A DNA stretch of 64,000 bases from an uncultured Bacilli bacterium (GTDB taxonomy: Bacteria; Bacillota_I; Bacilli_A; RF39; UBA660), in assembly GCA_934168205.1 (NCBI GenBank), contig CAKPMX010000003.1:66753-130752 (forward strand), given 5' to 3'. The first letter of the stretch is position 1, and each line of letters starts with the position of its first letter. The translations under genes were made by a program, and so were the position numbers. Below, one piece after another: positions 18,967 through 28,219 of the stretch. The notes under the pieces are model-generated. The model was not told the DNA's origin. It did no database searches and was given only the letters and a program-made list of their open reading frames with translations.

Positions 18967-21201
18967 CTATCCAATTGTATAGTAATTAAATTGACTAGTA
19001 TTTCTCCAATCATATTGTGCCCATAGGTCTGTTGCTGGACTACCTGGGTCCATCATTACGACACTACCATTTGATATACCATCTATTGCTACCCAGTGTT
19101 GACCTGTATTACCTTTTACTTCAGCAACTACATAGTTATTTTTATTACTAAGTAGTTCTTGTAATTTACTTAATTTTGCTTCTTTTGATAAACCTTCTAC
19201 TACTACTCTTCCCATGTATTTAAATGATGGTACTATACTTGTAACTGTTCCCCAGTTTAAAGAACCATTACCTGTAAATCCACCAAGTCTGTTTAAAGCT
19301 TGAACGAAAGTTCCTGGATTAAAGTCTCCAGTAATTGTAGTTGGTTGACCTGATTTTGCTACTAACATAGATATTGATGTTACTAAACAACCAATATTTT
19401 TAATTGTTTTTCCAGAAGAACCTATTTGAACACTTGTCCATTCACCTTCATATTGTTTCCAGTTTGCATATGGACCAGATGATAGTATAGAGCATGATGT
19501 ACTACCATTAATATTACAACTGTTTTCCTCTACTTTGTTGGCAGCAGCATAGTGTGATATTAATATTTGTTTGTAGTCAAGCCCTGATGCTGCATCACTT
19601 TTCCATTTGTTTTGGTTTACACTTGTATATCCAGAATTTATTAGGTAACCATTGTTATCTACTAATACTTGTCCCATTACTGAGCTTACGGCAGTTCGTA
19701 AATCTGAGTCTTCTGGCAACTTATCTTTTATTGTAACAGACTTGGTATGTGCTCCTGAGAATATAGTAGCACCGGATTTATCAGCACTTCCAGCTGACAC
19801 ACTTGTTGAACAACCTTGATCTGGATCACAATAAACTTGATCTTCAGTACAATTTCTGATTTGTAAAATAGTTTGTCCATTTTCTTCTTCTAGTTTTAAA
19901 CCAAAGGCACCATTCATTGCTTTTGGTCTAACTAAAGCGTAAGTTCTAGCGGCAATAGCTTGAACTTTATAGGCTTCAGAATTGTTTCCCGGACCCATTT
20001 CGGCATAAACAACTCCAGTAACATACTTCTCAAAATCAACTAGTTCTTCACCTGGAATTGGTTTCCCTCTTCCTAAATCACCACAGGTCATTAGTCTTAC
20101 CTTAATATTAGAAGCATTCGTTTCCTTTGCAATAGTACCTTTACCAGTGTTGAATCCTTTGATTTTATATGTACAAGTTCCTTGTGCAGCACAAGTTGAA
20201 CTTGGAGCATATTTATCAACCAGGCTCTCATAGTTTTTGGCATAATTTATTACTTCTTCAGCCAATATTTCTCTTTTTCTTTTACTATATTCTGGAAAAT
20301 AATCAACAAAAATGTCATTAACAAGATTATTTTTAAATGTCTCTTCGTTATAAGTATTTCCATCAAACATGCTTTCAGCAATTTCTTTGATTTTGCTTTT
20401 TGACATATCGTCATAATCTACTGAAGGATCATAATAATTAATTATATGATATACAGCAGCAACTCTAACTGCTTTTACTGTTTTTCCTTCTGATTGCATT
20501 TCTAATTTTACATCATTTATTCTTTCATAAAACTCTTTTGCTTCCTTGCTTGAAGCAGTGTAATCATTGCCATCTGTTTGTTCGCCAGCAGCATCACTGG
20601 CACCAAGAGCATCATCCATATCGCCTGCATATGTACCCGAAAACAATGTAGCCGTTAGTAATAGTAGAAAGAAAAAGGCAAAAATTGGTAACACAATTGG
20701 CAAAGCTTTTTTTAGTAAAACTTTACCATATGCAGAAAGTGCACCATCATTTTCGCTGGCATTATCTCCTTTGCCCTCTTTTTCCTTTTTATCACCAAGT
20801 ATTTTGGATTTTGGAAGTGATGTACCAGAACTCTTTTGTTGTTTGCCTGCAGTATCTGTACCAGCAGAAGTGGCATTACTAGCATCACCAGATGCTAATC
20901 TTGCTGCTTGACCGGCTTTATCTCCCATTCCAGATTCATTTACTTTATTAAGTTTTTTTTGTAGTTTTTTTCCATTAGGCATTTTGTTAATAGTATCTGT
21001 TAAACCTTTACCTAACATTTCACTACTCTTGCCACCAGTTAATTTATCGGCGGCTTTGACAGCTGCTCCAGCTGCCATTGCATATGGATTTTTACTGGCA
21101 ATAGCTATGTCAGCTGCATTTTTTACATTTTGAGCATTGTTTTTATCAGCACGTTCTGTGTCACTTGTACTTCCTTTTCTATTGGCTCTATAAGATGACA
21201 T
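18967..21201 (-). CDS. Bifunctional cell-wall hydrolase (SpoIID-like lytic domain plus C39-like cysteine peptidase domain); VirB1 analogue
   Basis: 744 aa. About 160 aa of G/A/K/S-rich N-terminus, then one TM. SpoIID/LytB signature VVYAEMGPGNNSEAYKVQAIAARTYAL. C-terminus NIGCLVTSISMLVA...GQHWVAIDG...VVMMDPGS. Confidence 0.65.
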   Translation of the reverse strand: MSSYRANRKGSTSDTERADKNNAQNVKNAADIAIASKNPYAMAAGAAVKAADKLTGGKSSEMLGKGLTDTINKMPNGKKLQKKLNKVNESGMGDKAGQAARLASGDASNATSAGTDTAGKQQKSSGTSLPKSKILGDKKEKEGKGDNASENDGALSAYGKVLLKKALPIVLPIFAFFFLLLLTATLFSGTYAGDMDDALGASDAAGEQTDGNDYTASSKEAKEFYERINDVKLEMQSEGKTVKAVRVAAVYHIINYYDPSVDYDDMSKSKIKEIAESMFDGNTYNEETFKNNLVNDIFVDYFPEYSKRKREILAEEVINYAKNYESLVDKYAPSSTCAAQGTCTYKIKGFNTGKGTIAKETNASNIKVRLMTCGDLGRGKPIPGEELVDFEKYVTGVVYAEMGPGNNSEAYKVQAIAARTYALVRPKAMNGAFGLKLEEENGQTILQIRNCTEDQVYCDPDQGCSTSVSAGSADKSGATIFSGAHTKSVTIKDKLPEDSDLRTAVSSVMGQVLVDNNGYLINSGYTSVNQNKWKSDAASGLDYKQILISHYAAANKVEENSCNINGSTSCSILSSGPYANWKQYEGEWTSVQIGSSGKTIKNIGCLVTSISMLVAKSGQPTTITGDFNPGTFVQALNRLGGFTGNGSLNWGTVTSIVPSFKYMGRVVVEGLSKEAKLSKLQELLSNKNNYVVAEVKGNTGQHWVAIDGISNGSVVMMDPGSPATDLWAQYDWRNTSQFNYYTIG

Positions 21202-21223
21202 GCTATCACCACCTAACTACTTA

Positions 21224-23014
21224 CTATAGTCCTCCTCCAGTACCGAAAGAGTCTAATTCTTCTTTTGTTACTGTAACATTTATTCGCATACGTCTATTTC
21301 CACAAACGAACAAAGCTTCTCCTTGTGAATATCGTTTTATACTTTCTTTTTCACTTTCATTTAAATCAATTAATAATGATAAGTCTTCTACTGCTTGTTT
21401 TCTTAGACCCATGACTAAGTAATATGATGAGTTATCAAATATTGCTTTTCCTTGTGTAATAACTGCAGGATCTGAGAAATCACTTGGTTGTTGAGTAATA
21501 ATTATTGTCCCTGTATTGTACTTACGTGCACGACGTTGTACTTGAGCAAGGAAATCTGCTCCTAATGTGTTCTTATCTCCTAATAATACGTGTGCTTCAT
21601 CAACCATTAGGACAGTATCAACATCGTAGTCTAAACATAGACCCCAGGCATATTTTAAAACGTTAAAGAATAAAGCATTTTTTACTGTTGTATCACTATT
21701 CATTAACTCTTTAATATTAAATACCATGAAGTCACTATCTTTACTTATTGTTGTGTGTCCATCAAAATAGAATTTTAACTCTTTTGTTATAGGTCTAACT
21801 TTTAATTCAAGACGTTCCATAATTTCACGCTCTTGAGTTTGTTCAGTCATTGACATTAATCTACCTTTTATCGTGGCATATACATCACTGAATGTTGGAT
21901 AATCAGCACTAGTATAATGTGAAAAGTCTGTATTAAAATCAATTCCAAAACGTTTATATGTATCTTGAACAACTTCACTAAACATTGTTAAGACATCTTC
22001 TTGAATTGATGGATCATAGTATTTCATAAATGCTTTTAAGAATTGTAAGGTTCTTGTTAAAACTGTATAACCAAGACCTTGTTTTATTTCTTCTTCGTCA
22101 GCATCTATTACTACTTCCAATGGATTTATTAAACCAAACTCTCCACCTTTACCAATGTCTACTGTGTCACCACCAAAGGCTTGAGTTATTTCTCTAAATT
22201 CATCTTCTGGATCGATTATAACAATTTGACAACCATTACGAATATGTCCTCTTAGTAATAGTTTTGCTGCTGTTGATTTACCTGAGCCAGATGTACCTAA
22301 CATAATCATGTTGGCATTATTTCTATTATTTTCTTTTCTTATTTTATATAAGAATTGATTGAATAAAATTACTCCACCAGAAAAATCTACTCCTAGTAAT
22401 GTTGATAATCCTGGATCTTTAATGCTATCAAAGATGAATGGATACATAGCCGCTATTGTTACTGAAGGTATTGGTGTACCAATACGTTGTTCTATATCTT
22501 GTGATGGGAATATTGGTAAAATTGATTTTAATACCTTTTCCTGTTCAAAACGTAATGATATAGCACGTAATTCCATAGCATCTAGATAGTTTTTAACATT
22601 AACTTTCTTTAGTTCCAATCCTTCTTTTGTAGGAGAAGTAATCATAATATGCATTTGAAAGTCGAAAATACGAGCTTGACTCGCAGCTAGCATAGAAACA
22701 AAGTATTCCAAACTTTCAGCATCTTGACGATATCTTTCGCGAACTGTTAAGTCACGTTCATTTTTATATTTTTCTTTTAAGTCAGCAACCTGTTTATTTA
22801 ACATTTTTGCCATTTGTTGAAATGGTACTGGAATGTGTTTAACTACGACTTTAATTCCAGGCATGTTAGTTAAAGATGATAAATAACCTGGCTGAATATA
22901 TTTTGGATATGATACAACTGTTAAAATTGTTGCATAGTTATCACTGATAACAAAGTCACTTGGATTAAAATGTAGTCCTTTTGGTGCTAATTGACTTTTG
23001 ATTCCGATACTCAT
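21224..23014 (-). CDS. VirB4-family T4SS ATPase (C-terminal/ATPase part of a split VirB4)
   Basis: 596 aa. Walker A MLGTSGSGKSTAAK. Walker B VLMVDEAHVLL. TAATG overlap with the preceding ORF. Confidence 0.85.
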   Translation of the reverse strand: MSIGIKSQLAPKGLHFNPSDFVISDNYATILTVVSYPKYIQPGYLSSLTNMPGIKVVVKHIPVPFQQMAKMLNKQVADLKEKYKNERDLTVRERYRQDAESLEYFVSMLAASQARIFDFQMHIMITSPTKEGLELKKVNVKNYLDAMELRAISLRFEQEKVLKSILPIFPSQDIEQRIGTPIPSVTIAAMYPFIFDSIKDPGLSTLLGVDFSGGVILFNQFLYKIRKENNRNNANMIMLGTSGSGKSTAAKLLLRGHIRNGCQIVIIDPEDEFREITQAFGGDTVDIGKGGEFGLINPLEVVIDADEEEIKQGLGYTVLTRTLQFLKAFMKYYDPSIQEDVLTMFSEVVQDTYKRFGIDFNTDFSHYTSADYPTFSDVYATIKGRLMSMTEQTQEREIMERLELKVRPITKELKFYFDGHTTISKDSDFMVFNIKELMNSDTTVKNALFFNVLKYAWGLCLDYDVDTVLMVDEAHVLLGDKNTLGADFLAQVQRRARKYNTGTIIITQQPSDFSDPAVITQGKAIFDNSSYYLVMGLRKQAVEDLSLLIDLNESEKESIKRYSQGEALFVCGNRRMRINVTVTKEELDSFGTGGGL

Positions 23015-23559
23015 TATGACATCACCGTCCCAAACTCAGTATTTTCTCCACCATTTAAGAAATTCTCTAAAATAATTCTTAAATCAGCATTGTTAACTTG
23101 AGAAGCATTTAGTCCACAACTAGCAAGTCCATTAATCATTGTTCTGACACGTTTTTGTAGTATATCTACATTTTTATCCTTAAATAATAAGTAGTATTCT
23201 GTATCAACAATATTATTATTAATAAACATGTTTCCTTTATTGATATCTTGTAGTATTAATTTTCTAATTGCTGGATTTGGAGCTTCATTATATAAAAGTT
23301 GAAGTTGTGCCATATAAACTGAAATATCAACCGGACGGTCAGCAACTACTAACCAGAATTCAAAGTCCAACATATTATAAAAGTTTTTTAGACTTATAAG
23401 GACATTGTCTTGGGCATTTTGATCAAGAATAAATATATTTCTAGGTGTAATTTTAACACCTGTTACTTTTTGATTATTTGAAGTTATAATAAATCCATTT
23501 TGAATTCCTTTCACTGGTAACCAGTCTTCTGTATAACCAGATGTTACTTTTTTAGCCAT
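23014..23559 (-). CDS. VirB4 N-terminal domain protein (split gene)
   Basis: 181 aa. YTEDWLPVKGIQNGFIITSNNQKVTGVKITPRNIFILD resembles the N-terminus of Gram-positive VirB4 proteins. 181 + 596 aa together match a full-length VirB4. Confidence 0.55.
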   Translation of the reverse strand: MAKKVTSGYTEDWLPVKGIQNGFIITSNNQKVTGVKITPRNIFILDQNAQDNVLISLKNFYNMLDFEFWLVVADRPVDISVYMAQLQLLYNEAPNPAIRKLILQDINKGNMFINNNIVDTEYYLLFKDKNVDILQKRVRTMINGLASCGLNASQVNNADLRIILENFLNGGENTEFGTVMS

Positions 23560-23855
23560 TCTTTATAGCACCAACCTTTCCATCTATAAGTTTGTCTTGA
23601 GGTTATATAATCATACAACTCAATAATAACATTTAAAACATTGTGATAATATGGTATTGGCATTACCAATAAGCCACAGATAATTCCTGGTGCCAAGGCA
23701 AGTATTGTCCCTGCTGTTGTTGTTATAGGGATAAAAGCAAGTATTGCTACTGTTGTTATGACACCAGAAATTAAAATTGCTAAATCACTTTTTCTGAACA
23801 TACCTAATATCAATTGTCCATTCTTTGTATTAGCCGGTATTAAATATTCATTCAC
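23544..23855 (-). CDS. VirB3/PrgI-like small T4SS membrane protein
   Basis: 103 aa, two TM helices, immediately upstream of VirB4 and overlapping it by 16 nt. Confidence 0.6.
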   Translation of the reverse strand: MNEYLIPANTKNGQLILGMFRKSDLAILISGVITTVAILAFIPITTTAGTILALAPGIICGLLVMPIPYYHNVLNVIIELYDYITSRQTYRWKGWCYKEWLKK

Positions 23856-23876
23856 TTATATCACACTCCTTTTTAT

Positions 23877-25766
23877 TTATAATCTATCTCCAATCGTTGG
23901 GTCAACTCCATTTCTTGTATTAAAATCATCAGCAGTGTTGTCATGATAATTTTCTCGAGCTCGTGGCACAGCTCTGTCTTGTCTTCTTGTTGAAGTGTAT
24001 GGATGTCTTCTTCCCTTTGCTTTTTCACGATATCCTAAAGTTTGACCAAAACGTTTTTGTTCACTAGCCATATCATTGTATGCAGATTCTGCTGCAGTGG
24101 CATAGGCTCTTTGTTCTGCAAGTTTTCGATCAAATTGATCTGCCCTAACTTGTTTACTTACAGTATGCCCATTGGCGTCTTGATAATATACTGTGTATGC
24201 ACCATTGGTTGCTCCAACTTTCTTGGCATCTTCCATTCCTTGCAATATACTTGACTGTAATTTCATATCTTTTTTGTAATCTTTTGCTATATTCGGCGTA
24301 ATTCCTTCTCTTGCAAGTATACTTCTACCACGTCTCATCTGGTTATATGTCATCTTGTCATCGCCAGTAATCATTTTTGCCGCCAGATCTCTTCCGGAAT
24401 TGTAAGAATCTGCCAACCCAGGAGCAGCTTTACCTGAATTATATGCATTAACGTTTGTATCGACAGTATCTCTTACTGCATTAAAGGCATCGCCAAAAGT
24501 TCCACCTGCTCTAAGTGTCCCAATGCCAGAAAGGCCCATTGCTAAACCAATGCTTCCACCCATGCCTTTTATTCCAAGGGAATTTTCAATAAATTTAGGT
24601 GCCATTCTGGCAAAGATAAATATACCAATAACAATAAATATAAATGAAAGCACGCCAACAAAACCAGTTCCTGTGTTGATAACAATACCATTTTTGACCA
24701 TATCGCTTACTAGGTATATAACAAAGTACATAATTGCTAATCGTATAAACAATTCTAAGTAAGTACTAGTTAAACTCCTAACCCAGCAACTGAAAGCGTC
24801 TTCACCCTTTCCTTCTTTAGCAGATATACTCATATGACTAATAATTGGTATTGGAGCTATTAAACGAAGTATTGCCAATTTTAGTGCCCTGATAGCAACA
24901 TCTATTGTATATAGTATTAAAATAACAGAAATAATTAAGGCTACAATTCCAGCTAATGGACTGTATGAATATCTGTAAAATTTTTCTTTTCCAACAAATG
25001 TTTCCAATAAATCTACAAATTTATCCCACAAATTGCTGTCAGCATCTATGTCACAAGTATCATTAACTGTAGCTAGCAATTCTAATGTAGATGCTGTTTT
25101 ATAAAATTTTTTTTGCTCTGAAGTGAATGAACAAAAGTAATAATCTTCATTAGTTTCTGGGTCCAAGCCTTCTTCTACATCGTACCCTCCGTCTGGTTCT
25201 GGTACAATATTTATTCTATAAAAGCTACGAAGTATTTGTCCAGCAAAGTCATCTGCCGACTCTGCCAAGGTTTTTCCTTGTTCATCTGCATCATCAGCTG
25301 CTTCTGTTGTTCCTAATACTAATTTACCAACGGTGTTATTTGACAAGATTCTTTCTTGTAACGAATATAAAGCACCAAATAATATACCATTGTTGTTTAC
25401 TTGTTGTTCCCATTTATTGCTAGGATTAGGAATATTTATTGGAGTAATTAAGGCAAGAATGACTAATGAAGTAATAATTCTAGAAATTATTTTTCCAGCA
25501 CCAGCCTTTTTATCTGTTACTCTTGCTGGATCCATTATTCCTTCTAGTATTGTCACGGATAATTTAAAAAGCATAAAAACGCCAATTATTAATTGACATC
25601 TATAATAAAAGTCTCTAATTAAAGCATTCGAAAACAATTCAGCTGTTGAAACATTGAAAAAAACTTGATAAACTCCCTGCAATAAAAGAAAGAAAAGTCT
25701 ATCAAAAAAAGTTAAAATTGTCCTTATGGCATCCGATACAATGCCAGGAGTCATGTAATCTGTCAT
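23877..25766 (-). CDS. VirB6/TrbL-like polytopic T4SS channel protein with a long hydrophilic C-terminus
   Basis: About 7 TM helices in the first ~400 aa, then ~230 hydrophilic aa. The start is set at ATG 25766 (ATGA overlap with the upstream stop; GGAGG 8 nt upstream). Confidence 0.6.
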   Translation of the reverse strand: MTDYMTPGIVSDAIRTILTFFDRLFFLLLQGVYQVFFNVSTAELFSNALIRDFYYRCQLIIGVFMLFKLSVTILEGIMDPARVTDKKAGAGKIISRIITSLVILALITPINIPNPSNKWEQQVNNNGILFGALYSLQERILSNNTVGKLVLGTTEAADDADEQGKTLAESADDFAGQILRSFYRINIVPEPDGGYDVEEGLDPETNEDYYFCSFTSEQKKFYKTASTLELLATVNDTCDIDADSNLWDKFVDLLETFVGKEKFYRYSYSPLAGIVALIISVILILYTIDVAIRALKLAILRLIAPIPIISHMSISAKEGKGEDAFSCWVRSLTSTYLELFIRLAIMYFVIYLVSDMVKNGIVINTGTGFVGVLSFIFIVIGIFIFARMAPKFIENSLGIKGMGGSIGLAMGLSGIGTLRAGGTFGDAFNAVRDTVDTNVNAYNSGKAAPGLADSYNSGRDLAAKMITGDDKMTYNQMRRGRSILAREGITPNIAKDYKKDMKLQSSILQGMEDAKKVGATNGAYTVYYQDANGHTVSKQVRADQFDRKLAEQRAYATAAESAYNDMASEQKRFGQTLGYREKAKGRRHPYTSTRRQDRAVPRARENYHDNTADDFNTRNGVDPTIGDRL

Positions 25767-26257
25767 TTTTGCATCCCTCCCCAATTAAAAATACATATAT
25801 CGCTAGATGTGAAACCAAATATGTCTAAAACAACTTCAATGAGTGTTGGCAAAACGAACAATAATGCAGCTAGAATTAATCTTGTGATCAAACTACTTTG
25901 AGCTTTCTTTAGACTCTCATCATCCGATGTTAAAATTGCTTTAGCAAAGTCCAAACTACTTAACACTAATACCATTAATGGTCCTAATAGTCTTAAGTAA
26001 TTTAATATTTTAACAAGAAACCAGGCTACAGAATCTGGATCTTTTTCAGGATCACCAAGTATTCCTTTACATTCCTTGTTATCCTTTAAACTACTAATTA
26101 CCGCTACTACTGAATTAGAGTTAATTGAATCACTAATTACGGCCATTTTCGAATCAAAAGTAATTGGATTAATAGTACTTTTTGCTGAAACATTGAATGA
26201 ACTAAAGCTTATTAGTCCAATAAATATAAGGAAAAGAATATTTATTCTTTTTTTCAT
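25763..26257 (-). CDS. VirB2/TrbC-like hairpin pilin-like protein, paralog 2 (with signal peptide)
   Basis: 164 aa. Signal peptide MKKRINILFLIFIGLISFSSFNVSA. The C-terminal two-helix hairpin shares D.(A/G)KA(I/V)..SD(D/E)...KKAQS.LI.R with ORF 26326..26667. Confidence 0.55.
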   Translation of the reverse strand: MKKRINILFLIFIGLISFSSFNVSAKSTINPITFDSKMAVISDSINSNSVVAVISSLKDNKECKGILGDPEKDPDSVAWFLVKILNYLRLLGPLMVLVLSSLDFAKAILTSDDESLKKAQSSLITRLILAALLFVLPTLIEVVLDIFGFTSSDICIFNWGGMQK

Positions 26258-26300
26258 AAGATCACTCCATATACATTATAACATAATAAGTATATCAAAA

Positions 26301-26330
26301 GAAAAAAAAAATAGCAATTTATTTGCTATT
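26301..26330 (-). terminator. Intrinsic terminator/attenuator after the first VirB2-like gene
   Basis: Minus strand AATAGCAA-ATAAA-TTGCTATT (8-bp stem, 26310-26330, overlapping the TAG stop) followed by a 9-nt T-run. Confidence 0.6.
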
Positions 26331-26667
26331 TATTTACTATATATATACTATTCCAGCAAGTTGCCCAAGTTCCAGTAGAACCATCAGTAATACCGATACT
26401 TACGATTCCCATAATTAATGAAACTAATTGTGGTACTAAGAATACTACAACTGCGTAGATAACTCTTTTTATTAATCTTGATTGAGCAGCTTTTACTTCT
26501 TTTTCATCACTTGCGATAACAGCTTTACCTAAATCAAATACTCCAAATAGTAGTAAAGCTATTGGAATCAAAATACATATATATTTTAAAATACCATTTT
26601 TAATAATTTTAATTACAGGTTCTAATCCTTCACAAGCTCCGCCTACATTTCCTACTTTATTACCCAT
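26326..26667 (-). CDS. VirB2/TrbC-like hairpin pilin-like protein, paralog 1
   Basis: 113 aa. Two hydrophobic helices joined by the loop DLGKAVIASDEKEVKAAQSRLIKR. AGGAGAGG SD. It has its own promoter and terminator. Confidence 0.55.
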   Translation of the reverse strand: MGNKVGNVGGACEGLEPVIKIIKNGILKYICILIPIALLLFGVFDLGKAVIASDEKEVKAAQSRLIKRVIYAVVVFLVPQLVSLIMGIVSIGITDGSTGTWATCWNSIYIVNK

Positions 26668-26693
26668 AATAATACCTCTCCTTTGCTACAAAT

Positions 26694-26722
26694 ATAATAT
26701 CCCATGTACATTTATTTGTCAA
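26694..26722 (-). promoter_or_regulatory. Sigma-A type promoter for the VirB2-like gene
   Basis: Minus strand TTGACA (26717-26722), 17 nt, TATTAT (26694-26699). Confidence 0.55.
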
Positions 26723-26725
26723 TTA

Positions 26726-27724
26726 TTATTTTCTGAATAAGCCAAATACCCTACCTGAATTAGCATCATTATTTGCTGTTTGACTTATTAATCCAGTTCT
26801 AACTAAGAAGTCATTAATAGCACCATTTCTTTGTCTTTCATCCAATGGTGGCATATTATAAGCAACTTGTATATTTGATTCCATTTCGAAATCAGATATA
26901 TCTTTACTTGATAATAGACTCTTATTTAGAATTACCTTTTTATTTCTTACTCTATTGAAAGCACTAGGCTCTCTTCTTATTAACTTATTTAATTTAATAA
27001 TACTAGGTTCAATTAAATAGAACACTTCATGACATACTTCATCATGTGGGTATGCATTTAAATCTATTAATATAACTGGAGCCTGACTGTTACTAGCAAT
27101 TAGATTTTTTAAATCATCTTTACTTACGGAAAGCATGTTTTTTTGATTAAAAAACATGAAATCACGTTTATCTACTTCAATTGCTAGAACTGATGTATTT
27201 AGTGCAGCTTCCAACTCTTTTTTAAGCATATAGATTAATGTTGTAGAACCGGCATTATCTGTTATACTTCTAAATCCTATTATCACTGAACTTTTATTTT
27301 CTGCAGTAGGAGTTGCTGTAGCAGCTACTTGTAAAGAACGTCCAGCCATTTCTTGGATGTGTTCAACATCTTTATATGTATTGGATTTTTGAAGTAAATA
27401 CTTTATACCATCTATATTATTGGTAAAATTGTATAAACCATATGTTATAATTCTAGCTAAAAAAGTAGCAGTACATAACTTAGAATTTTCTGGTATATAT
27501 AACACTACTTTTTCAGGATCTAATTGTTGTGCTAAAATTTGATAATTATCGGGATTATCATACCCTTTAATAGCAGTTACATCAAGAATCATTTTATTGA
27601 AGAAAAAGTTCTTAAACATTTCTACTATTTCTCTTGCTTCATAACTACCAGTAACTGTTTTAATAATGTCAATATCTAATGCTGACAGTGATTGTTGTTG
27701 TTCATTTGCTATTATAACGTTCAT
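26726..27724 (-). CDS. TadZ/CpaE-like protein (pseudo-receiver plus degenerate ParA/MinD-like domain)
   Basis: 332 aa. The N-terminal ~120 aa are receiver-like. The second half is ParA-like, but the Walker A position reads IIGFRSITDNAGSTTLIYML (no GKT/S). Confidence 0.45.
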   Translation of the reverse strand: MNVIIANEQQQSLSALDIDIIKTVTGSYEAREIVEMFKNFFFNKMILDVTAIKGYDNPDNYQILAQQLDPEKVVLYIPENSKLCTATFLARIITYGLYNFTNNIDGIKYLLQKSNTYKDVEHIQEMAGRSLQVAATATPTAENKSSVIIGFRSITDNAGSTTLIYMLKKELEAALNTSVLAIEVDKRDFMFFNQKNMLSVSKDDLKNLIASNSQAPVILIDLNAYPHDEVCHEVFYLIEPSIIKLNKLIRREPSAFNRVRNKKVILNKSLLSSKDISDFEMESNIQVAYNMPPLDERQRNGAINDFLVRTGLISQTANNDANSGRVFGLFRK

Positions 27725-27749
27725 CTATATCATCACCCGTTTTCTCAAA

Positions 27750-28199
27750 TTAATTACTTGACGGTACAAATGCTTTTGTTGTACCTGATACTTGGAACAT
27801 TTTTAGATTTGGCATTATTTTATTAATTATTGGAATATCTATAACTATGGCTGTTGTTACTTGATAGTAAACTTTTTTCTTTAAGTCAACATTTTCTGTA
27901 TCAGTTTCTGCTTCCATTCTTTTTATACAGTATGAATCATTGCATTCGTATCCTTCAATATTTAAGCTACCGGCGTTATATCCAACAGATTTCATGTAAT
28001 CTTTAATAACTTGATTACACTTGTTACTTGGGTTACCTGGCTCACAAGCACCTTCATATTGTTCTATTGTAGTGATTATTTTATTTTTTACACGAAATGC
28101 CTTTGTATAGTTGACATTGAATGCTAAATATCCTGATACTAATACCAAGAAAACAACAATAATTACCATGTTCATAAGTCCACCAAATGCATCACGCAT
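27750..28199 (-). CDS. TadE-like pseudopilin candidate
   Basis: 149 aa. Short leader MRDAFGG followed by the hydrophobic helix LMNMVIIVVFLVLVSGYLAF. Cys-containing globular part. It lies directly after the Flp-like gene. Confidence 0.45.
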   Translation of the reverse strand: MRDAFGGLMNMVIIVVFLVLVSGYLAFNVNYTKAFRVKNKIITTIEQYEGACEPGNPSNKCNQVIKDYMKSVGYNAGSLNIEGYECNDSYCIKRMEAETDTENVDLKKKVYYQVTTAIVIDIPIINKIMPNLKMFQVSGTTKAFVPSSN

Positions 28200-28219
28200 A
28201 ACTAATCACCTCTTTTTAT

